From assembly GCA_965113315.1 (NCBI GenBank), contig OZ220369.1: a stretch of 64,000 nucleotides of DNA. One strand, given 5' to 3'. How positions within the stretch are numbered: the stretch's first letter is position 1; every line of letters starts with the position of its first letter. This stretch comes from Podarcis vaucheri (Eukaryota). The notes under the pieces were generated by a model that made no database searches, was not told where the DNA came from, and saw only the letters and a program-made list of their open reading frames with translations. The translations under genes and the position numbers were made by a program. Shown here piece after piece: positions 1 to 10,200 of this stretch.

Positions 1-910
1 CTCTGCCGCTGCCTGAGAGGTGCCCGAACTGTGCTGCAGCATGCTCTGGCTGTGAAAAAAGCACTGCTCATTAGAAATGTGATCTGAATATCCTCCCTAG
101 ATTTCTTGGTATCATAGTATTAAACATTGCTCAAGTCTTGGAAGAAGGGGGTCAGAGGAAGGAAGGTGGCTTGCAGGACCTGTTCTAGGAATAGAGGCCA
201 TCCCACTGTTGTTTAGGAAAACTGCGGTTTGATTCAGTGTGGCAAAGCACTTGTACTTGGCACTATCTGCATAATCCTGCTCCACCTCACTTCAGATAGA
301 GAAGGATTTTGGGAAGACGCCAGCGGCAGAGTGGCTGAGATTGGCTGATTTTGTCACATCGGTTGTGTGGTGGGGACCTGCGGGCTCCCAAAGGTAGCAA
401 CAGGATTCCCCAAGTTATACCCACATGTGTTCAAGCCAACTGGATTGTTGCTCTCGGGGACCCTGAGGAATATGAGCGAATTGTTATTTACCGTTGATAT
501 GCCAGGCAGTGTGCTCTGGGCTTCCTGTGCAGCTGTCCAGCAGGCAATGGGATTCTGCCGCGAAGTTGGCTGGATTCCACTCCATTTCTAAGGATAGCAA
601 GGGATGTTGTGCTGGGGCGGAGGGGCGGAGGGGGAGGGATGTTGCATCCAAACAGGTTCTGGAATCCAAGTTCCCAAAACATTAGTCAGTTGTCCTACAG
701 AGATAGCAAATGTCCTCAACAGGAAAGAGGGCTCCATCTGCTGCTTTTTCACCCTTGAAAAGCCTGGATGTTTTCGGAAGATACAGTTCAATGGGCTTTT
801 GTGTGTCATACATCTGTGGAATGCTGCTTGAGGGCCTCCCCCCAAACTCTGCCATTGGGTGGGCCCAGATATGAAGCTTTTCTAGACAAAACAGTCCCAC
901 CATTTAGTTG

Positions 911-914
<4 letters not shown>

Positions 915-997
<83 letters not shown>
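915..997. repeat. (TG)n(AG)n compound microsatellite
   Basis: Seen directly; similar tracts at 17170-17238 (GA), 17779-17816 (CA), 30651-30721 (CA/GA) and 16140-16171 (AGAC). Confidence 0.95.
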
Positions 998-998
<1 letters not shown>

Positions 999-1077
999 AT
1001 TCATGCCCCCAGAAGAGCTTGTAGACCCAGTGGAACAACCCAAATATCACAAAGTGTGGCAGCACCTACACTTTGGA

Positions 1078-1326
1078 AGATGAAGAAGAAGAGTTTGGAT
1101 TTGATATCCCGCTTTATCACTACCCGAAGGAGTCTCAAAGCGGCTAACATTCTCCTTTCCCTTCCTCCCGCACAACAAACGCTCTGTGAGGTGAGTGGGG
1201 CTGAGAGACTTCAGAGAAGTGTGACTGGCCCAAGGTCACCCAGCAGCTGTATGTGGAGGAGCGGAGACACAAACCCGGTTCCCCAGATTACGAGGCTACC
1301 GCTCTTAACCACTACACCACACTGGA
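1078..1326 (-). mobile_element. tRNA-derived SINE with a (CTT)n tail (Squam2/Anolis-SINE2-like), inserted in an L2 fragment
   Basis: Near-identical to the copies at 24408, 46335 and 60884. The flanks rejoin as gtggcagcacctacactttggaactccctgcctattgacatcagg, an L2 3' region. Confidence 0.8.
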
Positions 1327-1720
1327 ACTCCCTGCCTATTGACATCAGGCAGGCACCTTCACTGTAGTCTCATAAGGCTGTGGCTTATGGGAGTTGTAGT
1401 CCACCACATTGGGAGGGCACCATGTAAGCTATCCCTGCTCGCTGGGAAAGCTGCATTAACCATATTCACACTTAAAAACAAAAACCTTGCAGCAGAGGAG
1501 GGAAAAAAAGGTATTCTTAACATATTCTTATGAAGGCATCCTGCCCCCCTTCCACTCTTTAAAATAAAGGTATTCAGTGTTTCACCAGTCTCGTCACACT
1601 TTTTATATGCAAGCACGTTCCACCTTCCTCCTCCTGCCCCACCTGATGCTCCTCTCTGGCTGCCACTCGTCTTGCTTGAGGTGCAAAGTGGAGGTTTTTG
1701 TTAGAGGATGGAGAATGAAG

Positions 1721-1760
1721 TGGTTGCCTAGCAACCAGGGGTAGGGGGCCGTGTGTTTAC
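1721..1760. promoter_or_regulatory. RFX X-box with an adjacent forkhead site
   Basis: TGGTTGCCTAGCAACCA (1721-1737) is a near-perfect palindromic X-box; TGTTTAC lies at 1754-1760. Confidence 0.45.
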
Positions 1761-3057
1761 AGAGCTGGACAGGATCCAAGATCTGGGCACCCTGTCTTTT
1801 ACCCAGCTGGGAAAGTATCCGCAGCTTTTCACCTCCCCTGCCCCTGTTCCATTTTGGGTTTTTGCAGTCGATGGCTTAAGCATTCTGATTTTGCAATACT
1901 GTCACATGGTCTGCAATGTACTCTGAATTTAGGCTAGGGGTCCTTAATATTTGGTAGTATTCAAATAAGATACTGATTTGCCAGAAGCCTGACATTTGTT
2001 ATGGAAACATAGGCACACCAAGATCTGTTTCAATATTCCTGAGCAGCTTACAGAAAAGTGAATCATTCATCTGAATATGTAAAAGTTATCCTGGTATTTG
2101 ACATTTTCTGGAATATTGTACAGATTCCTTACCAAGTGATGTGCATCACAATTTGGCATCCCCATGACTGAAACAGCTTTCCCTGTCTGCCCCCATCCCT
2201 GATCTCTTGGATTGGGAAAATCTGAAGGTGGATTCTAAGTAGGGGTTTTTTTGGGGGGGGGATATTTATATTTTAAGTTTCCAATAGATACAAAACAAGA
2301 ACAGATTAAAAAAACAGCTTAAAAAGAGAACGGGGTGGGGGGCGGGAAAGAGTCCTAGGCATGAATAATAAGTGCAGTTGTCTGTGGGTTGAACGTCAGC
2401 TTCCAGATTAAGAAAAAAAGCATGAAAATCTTTCCTGTGTGAAGCAGAGTGTGAAGTTATCATTTAACCATCAAGTGTAAGTCCAGATTTGCCGGACTTG
2501 TGATGATGGTTGTCTTGAGAATGACAGTTTTGCTGGATAAAAGAAGGATGCTGCACCACAGAGCCTGGCGATTCTTTTTTTTTTAATTGTTATTTATTGT
2601 TATTTTTAATGTTATTTGTTTTTTGTTTTTTAAAAGATCCTGGTGATTTTTAATAAGTGGTTCCATCTATCTAGTGTAAGATCTTGGGCTGATTCTAAGT
2701 ACTTTTGCCTCAATGTGGTTCAGTCCTTCATGCAACTGGGAACCCTGATAGTTTATCCAAACTGGTACCCATTTGTTCCAGTCAATGTTCATGGGAGAAG
2801 GAGGCATCTCCTAGGACATGGTTATGGTTACTAATTCTCAGCTTCATGGAGAACCTACCAGGTATGTTGACAAATCTTTTTGAGACTAAGGAACACATTT
2901 ACAGTTTGCTGGCCATTTGAAGTTCACACAGCTGTGATGCACAAGGCCAACACATGCACACTCATTCTCCCTGGTATTTATACACCCACACCCATACATA
3001 AATGCCCCTCACATACAACGCACACAAGAAGCATACGGACAAACTGCTGCAAATGAG

Positions 3058-3420
3058 CTGGAGGGCAACCAAGATGACCAAGGGACTGGAAACTAGACTC
3101 TAAGAGGAAGGGTTGAGGGAGTTAGGGATGTTTAGCCTGGAGCAGAGGAGACAGAAGAGGTGACATGATAGCTATCTTAAATATCTGAAGGGCTGTCGCA
3201 TGAAAGATGGAGCAAGCTTGTTTTCTGCTGCTCCAGAGGGTAGGACTCATGTGGATTCACGTGGCAAGAAAGGAGATTCCATCTAAACATGAGGAAGAAC
3301 TTACTGAGGGTAAGAGCTGTTCGACAGTGGAATGGAGTCCCTTCAGTGGAGGTTTTTAAACAGGTTGGATGGCTATCTGTCAGGGATTCTTTAGGTGGAT
3401 TCCATTTGTGGAATGCTGCA
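3058..3420 (+). mobile_element. CR1 LINE 3' fragment
   Basis: agggcaaccaagatg...gatgtttagcctggag...taagagctgttcgacagtggaa; similar to the 23580 copy. Other short CR1 ends lie at about 25899-26020 (-), 27675-27743, 36480-36650 and 50340-50408. Confidence 0.85.
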
Positions 3421-5336
3421 CCCGGGGAAACATACCTGGCGCCATCAGTATCAGATTTCATATGACAGGCTAAAACCGTATTCATTCCCCATGCTTTTGG
3501 TTGCAAACATGGATCATGCTTTGGTACAGTTTCTGGCTTGATTCATAGCATTCATTTTTTAGTAGAGTGGGATAGGATTTGTCCTTTTTATACTTCTTGT
3601 TCGATGAGCACCCATGGAATTCTTTTCTATTGTGTTTTCGCTATGTATTTAATTTTTAAATGATTGCCAAGCCCTTTTGTATTTTATGGATTCGTAAGTC
3701 ACTTGGAGACATCTTCTTGTAGAGATGAAATAATAATAATGGTAATAATAATAATAGTAATAGACAGTCACTGGAGTACTAGACACATACTAAAGACTGT
3801 GATACGAAAGACCTCCCCACTGAGCATTCAGTGTTTTTATTCATCCCATAATAACTCTGCTAACCTACCTGACTCTAGGAATCATTTCAAGGCAAGTCTT
3901 GCCTGTCTTCCTGGTACTTGATACATATTCGGAGGCAGAGTATAAATTGTGGCTATTGAAAAGAGACTGGTGGAAGGAGAAAGGATCCAGTCTAGGGTGG
4001 CAAAGTGGACCTGCCTCATAATCCCTCTTCAATGTTTGTGCTAATGATGTATTGATTATTGATTAGAAGGTCATGGAAGTGTATTCCTTTAATCCAGTTG
4101 GTGGATCTTCCATTTCCAAACATCTCTTTCACATATTTCCCTCTTTCTCTCCCAGTTCTTTAATATCAACAAGCTGCTTCATATTTTACACCTGGGAGGA
4201 AAAAAAATTCCTGAGTATCAAATGCACTCGTGCATAGAGTAATTTGTTAATGTTGTGTTGATTTTATTAATATTACATTGAACAGCTTGGCTGTGCCCAG
4301 TGGAATGTTTGACTTTTCCTTTTTAAACAGCAGACCTCCGAGCCAAATGGCAAACTGCTTTTCACGCCCCTCCTTTGAAATTTCATAAGAACAGAAGAGG
4401 CTGGATACTGGATCAGGCCAAAGGTCCATCTCATCCAGCATCCTGTTCTCACAGTGGCTAGCCAGATGTCTGTGGGGAACTCACACGCAGTTTCAAACAA
4501 CTGATATTAATAAACATTACTTCCCCTGACTGTGGGGGCAGAGCATAGCCACTGCGTCTAGTAGCTATCAATAGCCTTACCCTCCCATAACTAAACAGTG
4601 CTTACATCTGGCACCATGGTCTGTGGAGAGCTGGCCTTAAATATACAAGCATTTGAAGTTTTTGTGTTTGTTTGTACACATAGTAATAGTGTGGTGCTTC
4701 TTTAGATTCAGATGATAGTATCTTGGGTGAACTATAATCTATAGACCTTCAGTTTTCATTTTGTAATAAAGAGTAAGTTTCTAGCATTTGTAGACCCTGA
4801 GATATGATGAAACACATACAAGCACTATTATTTTCAATTTTTATTTTTTGTGTGTGAGAAATTAGTCTGCTCCCAGCTTTCATTGTTTTACTACCACCAC
4901 CATCTCACCACCACCAAAAAATCTCTATGGGTAGTATTTAAGTTTGTCACAGATCTGAAAGAATGGAGAAATAAAGTATGGCATTGGACTTCCCCACACT
5001 CCCTTGACCAGTGGGTGTAGAAGGTTATTTGAGTAAGTAACAGCCACAGGTAACTGATCTGCCTGGAAAACAGCAATTTGGATGAGGCCTAATGTCACTA
5101 GGGATGACTAAGGAAATTGATTTCTGTGGATTCTAATACAAAGTGACATCCTAAGTTTTTGTGTGGATCAGAACTCATTTATCAGATTTCACTCTTTCCA
5201 AATGTTCCAACACCATTCTTGGCTGAAAACACTCTTATACTGAGAGAAAATATGGTTAGAAATTTATATTTTGAGAGAAAGTATTTTTTTAGAAAAATAC
5301 ATATTAATGTAATATTGAAATGCAAATTGGGTGTAT

Positions 5337-5383
<47 letters not shown>

Positions 5384-5459
5384 CGACGTGAGACCTCGTC
5401 GAAACGTCGCACAGACACCCCGACTCTTACACGGGAAGACACCCGAAGACACCAAAACC

Positions 5460-5509
<50 letters not shown>

Positions 5510-5592
5510 CTTTCGTAGATTTTCACGGGTACAGGAATGCAGGTTTTGGTGTCTTCGGGTGTATTCCCGTGTAAGAGTTGGGGTGTCTGGGC

Positions 5593-5626
5593 GACGTTTC
5601 GACGAGGTCTCACTCGTCATCTTCAG
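5593..5626 (-). ncRNA. Minimal hammerhead-ribozyme-like motif (copy in the 3' pLTR)
   Basis: Exact reverse complement of 6825-6858. Confidence 0.7.
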
Positions 5627-5863
5627 GCTGGTGCTTTCGGCTTCTTGTTACTGGAACAGAGCAGGATCTTAGTGTTTGAGTTCCTATAAATACTGTTGAG
5701 GGGGTGTGGTGTATAGCCTCCAACGTTCTGGGCAGAGAGGAAGTTCCTAGATTAGTGTGCCTTTTCTTCTTTTGTTCCTTAATTACTTGAGGGATATCTT
5801 GAGTGATTTCATGAGTGATATTCTGAATACCACTTAGGTGGGTCATTAAGTGTGGATTAGTTG

Positions 5864-6672
5864 CTAAAGCTTTCGTGTCTTGACCTCTTGAGCTTGTGAA
5901 GAGTTTTTCGAAGATGGCTGTGCTGCATTTAGTTGTGCTCTGGCTTGGCTTCGTGTATAGGGGCGAGCTGTGGTTTTGTGCCCTGTGCCAGCCAGATCTG
6001 TGTAGGGATTGCAGGGGGGTGCAGCATCCGGAGGTGCCACTATAGTTTGGCTACTGGATGGAGTTTGTAATTTATCTGTGGAGAGGGTCTGGGTTTGGGT
6101 CTGGTGTGGTTGATTGGTGACGGCGTTCTGTGTGCCTCTGGTTCTGGTGTCGGTTTTTGTGGGGAGGGCTAATTTCCAGATGTCTGGCAGGCGGGACGTG
6201 TCGTCACGCTTGTTCATGTTGTGAGGGTGTTTCTCTATCTCGATGGCTTCCATGATTATTCTCTTGTGGTGATGTTCCATGTTAAAGAGCAATTTGGAAT
6301 CTGCAAAATTAATTTCGTGTCCTGTTTCTTTCATGTGTTGGAAAAGAGAGGAAGTTTTTTCTTCTTTTTTGACGGCATTCTTGTGTTCTGCGATACGTGC
6401 ATTTATTCGTCTGTTTGTTTGTCCAATGTACGTGGCTGGGCAGACTTTGCAGGGTATTTCATAGACCCCTTGGTTTTCCAACTGGATTTTGTCTTTGGGG
6501 TTTCTGAGGATATTGGCTATTTTTTGGTTGGTGCAGAAGGCTGTTTTGATATTGTGTTTATGGAGGATTTTGCTAATTTTATCTGTAGTGCCCTTGATAT
6601 AAGGAAGGAGGGCCATGCCATTGTTTTCTTCTGTGTCTTGGTTTTTGGGGGGTGTTTCTTTTTGGATTAGCT
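5864..6672 (-). CDS. 5'-truncated Penelope-like element ORF: RT thumb/linker plus GIY-YIG endonuclease and a C-terminal extension
   Basis: ORF 5864..6706 contains LPYIKGTTDKISKIL...QGVYEIPCKVCPATYIGQTNRRINARIAEHK...EAIEI...NKRD, the typical PLE GIY-YIG motifs. The first ~11 codons come from junction DNA. Confidence 0.93.
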
Positions 6673-6824
6673 TGGTAACCCTGGTAACCCCTTGGTAACC
6701 CCTCAACAGTAACCCCTCAACAGGGGTTGAGGGGTTACTGTTGGTAACCCCTCAACAGTATTTATAGGAACTCAAACACTAAGATCCTGCTCTGTTCCAG
6801 TAACAAGAAGCCGAAAGCACCAGC

Positions 6825-6858
6825 CTGAAGATGACGAGTGAGACCTCGTCGAAACGTC
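6825..6858 (+). ncRNA. Minimal hammerhead-ribozyme-like motif in the Penelope pLTR
   Basis: CTGAAGA-T-GACGAG-tgagac-CTCGTC-GAAAC-GTC: CUGANGA box, 6-bp helix II, GAAA box and GUC triplet, with a palindromic ACGT in place of helix III. Confidence 0.7.
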
Positions 6859-6909
6859 GCCCAGACACCCCAACTCTTACACGGGAATACACCCGAAGAC
6901 ACCAAAACC

Positions 6910-6951
<42 letters not shown>

Positions 6952-7062
6952 CTTTCGTAGATTTTCACGGGTATAGGAATGCAGGTTTTGGTGTCTTCGG
7001 GTGTCTTCCCGTGTAAGAGTCGGGGTGTCTGTGCGACGTTTCGACGAGGTCTCTGAAGATGA

Positions 7063-7096
7063 CTGAAGATGACGAGTGAGACCTCGTCGAAACGTC
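7063..7096 (+). ncRNA. Minimal hammerhead-ribozyme-like motif (third copy)
   Basis: CTGAAGATGACGAGTGAGACCTCGTCGAAACGTC, core identical to the other two copies. Confidence 0.65.
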
Positions 7097-7129
7097 GCAC
7101 AGACACCCCGACTCTTACACGGGAAGACA

Positions 7130-7273
7130 NNNNNNNNNNNNNNNNNNNNNNNNNNNNNNNNNNNNNNNNNNNNNNNNNNNNNNNNNNNNNNNNNNNNNNN
7201 NNNNNNNNNNNNNNNNNNNNNNNNNNNNNNNNNNNNNNNNNNNNNNNNNNNNNNNNNNNNNNNNNNNNNNNNN
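7130..7273. other. Assembly gap (others at 25767-25897 and 38699-38846)
   Basis: N runs. Confidence 1.
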
Positions 7274-8645
7274 ACAGAAATGGAATGGCAAGGGCTTATG
7301 AATGTGAAGACATGAGGAGGTGACGTAGCAAAAATAAATAAATAAAAAATCCATCCCTAAATGTCTTCGGTGGGGAGCATGTCTCATCTCCCCACAGCAG
7401 AAGACACCCTGTTCTTAGAGTGGCTGACCAGATGCCCCAATGGGAAGCAGAACCCAAGTGAAACAGCATTCCTCGCCCAATCAGGTTTCTAGCAACTGTT
7501 ATTCAGAAACATTACTGCCTCCAAAAGTGGAAGCAGAGCATATCCATCATGGCTAACAGCCACCAATAGCCCTCTCCTCCTCCATGTATTTGTCTAATCC
7601 TCTTTTAAAGCCATTTAGGTGGTGGCTATCATTGCCTCTCGTGGGAGTGAGTTCCATAGTTCCATTGCTACTTTGCATTCCAATCTTTAATTCTACGTTC
7701 TTTGCACAAGAGGGGAATGAGGTCAGCCACTGCTTCATGATCCATCCCATGACCTAGGCAGGATCCATGCCTTCTGAAACTGAAGTCGTTTAGATGTTTT
7801 AATCTGTCTGTTCCCTGCATTCCAGCCCCTTTTCTGGACTGTGTTTTTCTTCCTTAGCACACAGGGATGCAACCCCCCCCCAACAATTCTGTACTCCGTG
7901 CCTGCGTGCAAATTAAGGGTTGAGTTGTGCCAAATTGTTCCTCCAGCTTGTTCCGCACTCTTTACATTTCCTCCGTGTTTCCCAGCAAAATGAAATCATT
8001 AAATACACAGCGCAAATTACTAAACCTGTTCCATAATCACACACACACACATAATTGACAGGGTAAGAAGCTCAGATTGCAGCAAGGCATGCAGCAAAAT
8101 GTTTATGGCTGAGTCTTCTCCTCTCCCCCCCCCCAAGTTTAAAGGTCAACAAGAATATTTTTCTATAATTTGACAGGCACACGAGAAGTAACGCGACTCA
8201 TTTGTGGTCAGGTAATTCACAAAGAAATCTATAAATCAAGCTAAGAGGAATATTAGATCATGCTCATATCTGAACCCATCTGGCTCGGTTCAAGAAAGAA
8301 ATCAATAAGAGACAGGACGCTCGGAATTACCAATGATTTATGCCCTTGCATCCTGGGAGAGGAACATTTGCAGTTTGAGAGTCTCCTCCTCTGAGGGATG
8401 GCCTCTTTGCCCATGCAGTCATTTGGGGGAAGGAAATATTTTCAAAGGCACCAGTGATGCCATGTGACTTCCCAAGTGGTGTGCCCCAGGAGCTCCAACA
8501 ACATTGCAGAGGATTTTTGGGTACTCCTCTCAGATCATGTGGCACAGCAATTTGGACAGCATAATGTCTTGGGACTGTCCCTGCAACTACGCTCACAGGG
8601 ATAGGGTGTGGGTGGGTGCAACGGTAACTGTGCGGTCTCTTACAG

Positions 8646-9258
8646 CAGGGGTCAGCAAACATTTTAAGGAGGGGGCCGGTTCACCGCCCCTCAGACCTTT
8701 TGGTGGGCCGGACTGCATGCATGTGGCAGAGGGGGGCTTCTCTTCCCCCTCTCTCCCAGCCCCTCCCCTCCCCCTGCTTTCCTGCCTCCTCCGCCGCTCT
8801 GCCTGCAGTTGGGAGCGGGCGGTGGTTGTGGCGCCTCTCCTTTCTGGGCCAGCTTTCCCAGGCGCCAGGCACAGGGCCAGCAGGCACACCAGGCTCCAAC
8901 CGAAGCCCCGTGACATGCCCATCATGGTGCCCACAGCGTGGCCATGGACAGAGAGGCCGGCGGGCGGGTGTTAAGTCTGGGCCATGCCTCAGCGCATGGG
9001 CGTCAAGACTTCAGATTGGCTGGCACCAATCAAAGCCCAGCTCCCTTCCTCCGCAGGGCGGGGAAAAGCCGGGAGGGAGGAGGTGCCGCTGCAGTGGGGG
9101 GGGGGGAATTGTGCCCGAAAAAAGCAGAAAATAAAATAAAATGGTGCAGCCCAAATGATCGTGTTGATCCAAGCGGTGATTCCAGGACTGTCTGCGGGCC
9201 GGATCCAGAGGGCTATTGGGCCTGATCTGCCCCACGGACCTTAGTTTGCCAGCCCATG
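8646..9258. mobile_element. hAT (Charlie-like) non-autonomous DNA transposon
   Basis: TIR-like ends CAGGGGTCAGCAAAC / GTTTGCCAGCCCATG; perfect 8-bp TSD TCTTACAG (8638-8645, 9259-9266); GC-rich interior. Confidence 0.85.
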
Positions 9259-9744
9259 TCTTACAGCTTCTGGAGGGGCTGAGCTTGCCACTCTCTTTCT
9301 TCAGCCCTAAAAGGCTCTGAGAGTGGCTTACAAATCACTGGAGTAGGGTGGGGTCCTTCCCTCAGGTTTACAATCTGAAAAGACATGACACAAAAGGAAA
9401 GTGAATCTGGAGGGAGGATGAGATAAGCAAATACTGAATGTGTGTAGAAGCTTACTGGGGCCAGGCCACCAATCAGGTGAGGTGACCTTAAGCAGCAGTT
9501 GTGGCCACCAGCTGTTTCTCTCTGGCCTCTTTTAACTCTCCTGCTGCCATCATGGCAGACAGGGTCTGTGGAGGAGGAGGCTGTGGCAGCAGGAGGACTG
9601 TGGAGGAGATGATGGCACAAGCTGGGTGGCGCAGTGGAGGAAGAGGTAGTGTCAGGGGGCTGCAGAAGAGAAAGAGGAGGAGGGTGGCATCCCCCCCACT
9701 CAAGTGGCAAAACATCCTGGGCCAGCCTTGATGCTTACCCATTT

Positions 9745-10200
9745 GCAGAACAAGGAAGTAGTTTTTCTCACTGCAGAATCATGCAAACTCATCCTTAATA
9801 TGCTGCCCTCACTATGGATGGATTCTAGGTCCACAAAGGTAGGTGTGGTTCCTTGATACACATCTGAAAGCCTCTGGGAGGAGGTGTGTGATTCCTCAGC
9901 TGGAGTAGGCTCAGGACAGGTGAGGGTCACCTGCCTCATCAAGCCCAGATGCTGCAATCAGCATGAAAAGTATAAAAGGGTAGCAGAGCTAAGGGGCTGT
10001 GTCTGCTCAATTAGCCACATTGATGGACCTTGACTTGGACCTCCATGGGAACGTGCTTTGGGTTTGACTCTGGACTGTATCCTGACTGCTGGACTTTGCT
10101 ACTTAAATTGATCCTAAACATTGTTTCCTGACCTTTGGACTTTGCTTGTGTGGATCAACCCTCAGACTTTGAACTTGCCATACTGACTTGCATCCAGGTA
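9745..10200 (+). mobile_element. Possible solo LTR (Gypsy-like)
   Basis: TATAAAA at 9971, followed by repeated TGGAC(T/C)/TTGAC motifs typical of LTR U5 regions; TG...CA termini and TSD not confirmed. Confidence 0.3.

Larger units (their letters stand above)
5382..7129. mobile_element. Cluster of Penelope-like (Poseidon/Penelope-type) retroelement insertions with inverted pseudo-LTRs in an (AT)n microsatellite
   Basis: Element body on the - strand (5507-6672). An inverted copy of its 3' end lies at ~6747-6912. Further pLTR pieces lie at 5382-5462 (+), 6948-7053 (-) and 7054-7129 (+, runs into the gap). (AT)n tracts separate the units at 5341-5381, 5463-5506 and 6913-6947. Confidence 0.9.
5099..7359. 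mobile_element. Old non-autonomous hAT-like element hosting the Penelope cluster
   Basis: Termini TAGGGATG (5099) and CATCCCTA (7359), with a degenerate 8-bp TSD AATGTCAC/AATGTCTT. The AT-rich interior resembles a dispersed family seen at about 11545-11965, 12735-13160, 14020-14450, 22210-22620, 41920-42310, 50726-51131, 54770-55125 and 58070-58260. Confidence 0.55.

Noticed and set aside
2500-2560. C/D-box snoRNA (GTGATGA box C)
   Set aside because: No properly placed CTGA box D or terminal stem was found.
5159-5672. ORFs with IYIYIY runs; likewise ERERER, CVCVCV, poly-S/R/C/I ORFs elsewhere
   Set aside because: They are translations of microsatellites and SINE bodies.
5382-7129. Repeated units with spacers that resemble a CRISPR array
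   Set aside because: The context is eukaryotic, the units are inverted pLTR fragments separated by microsatellite, and there are no cas genes.
8593-8934. Minus-strand ORF with a signal-peptide-like start (WSLVCLLALCLAPG)
   Set aside because: It lies almost entirely within a TSD-flanked GC-rich hAT element, where open frames are expected; no domain is recognisable.
8640-9260. GC-rich stretch as a CpG-island promoter
   Set aside because: Its boundaries coincide with the transposon TIRs and TSD.
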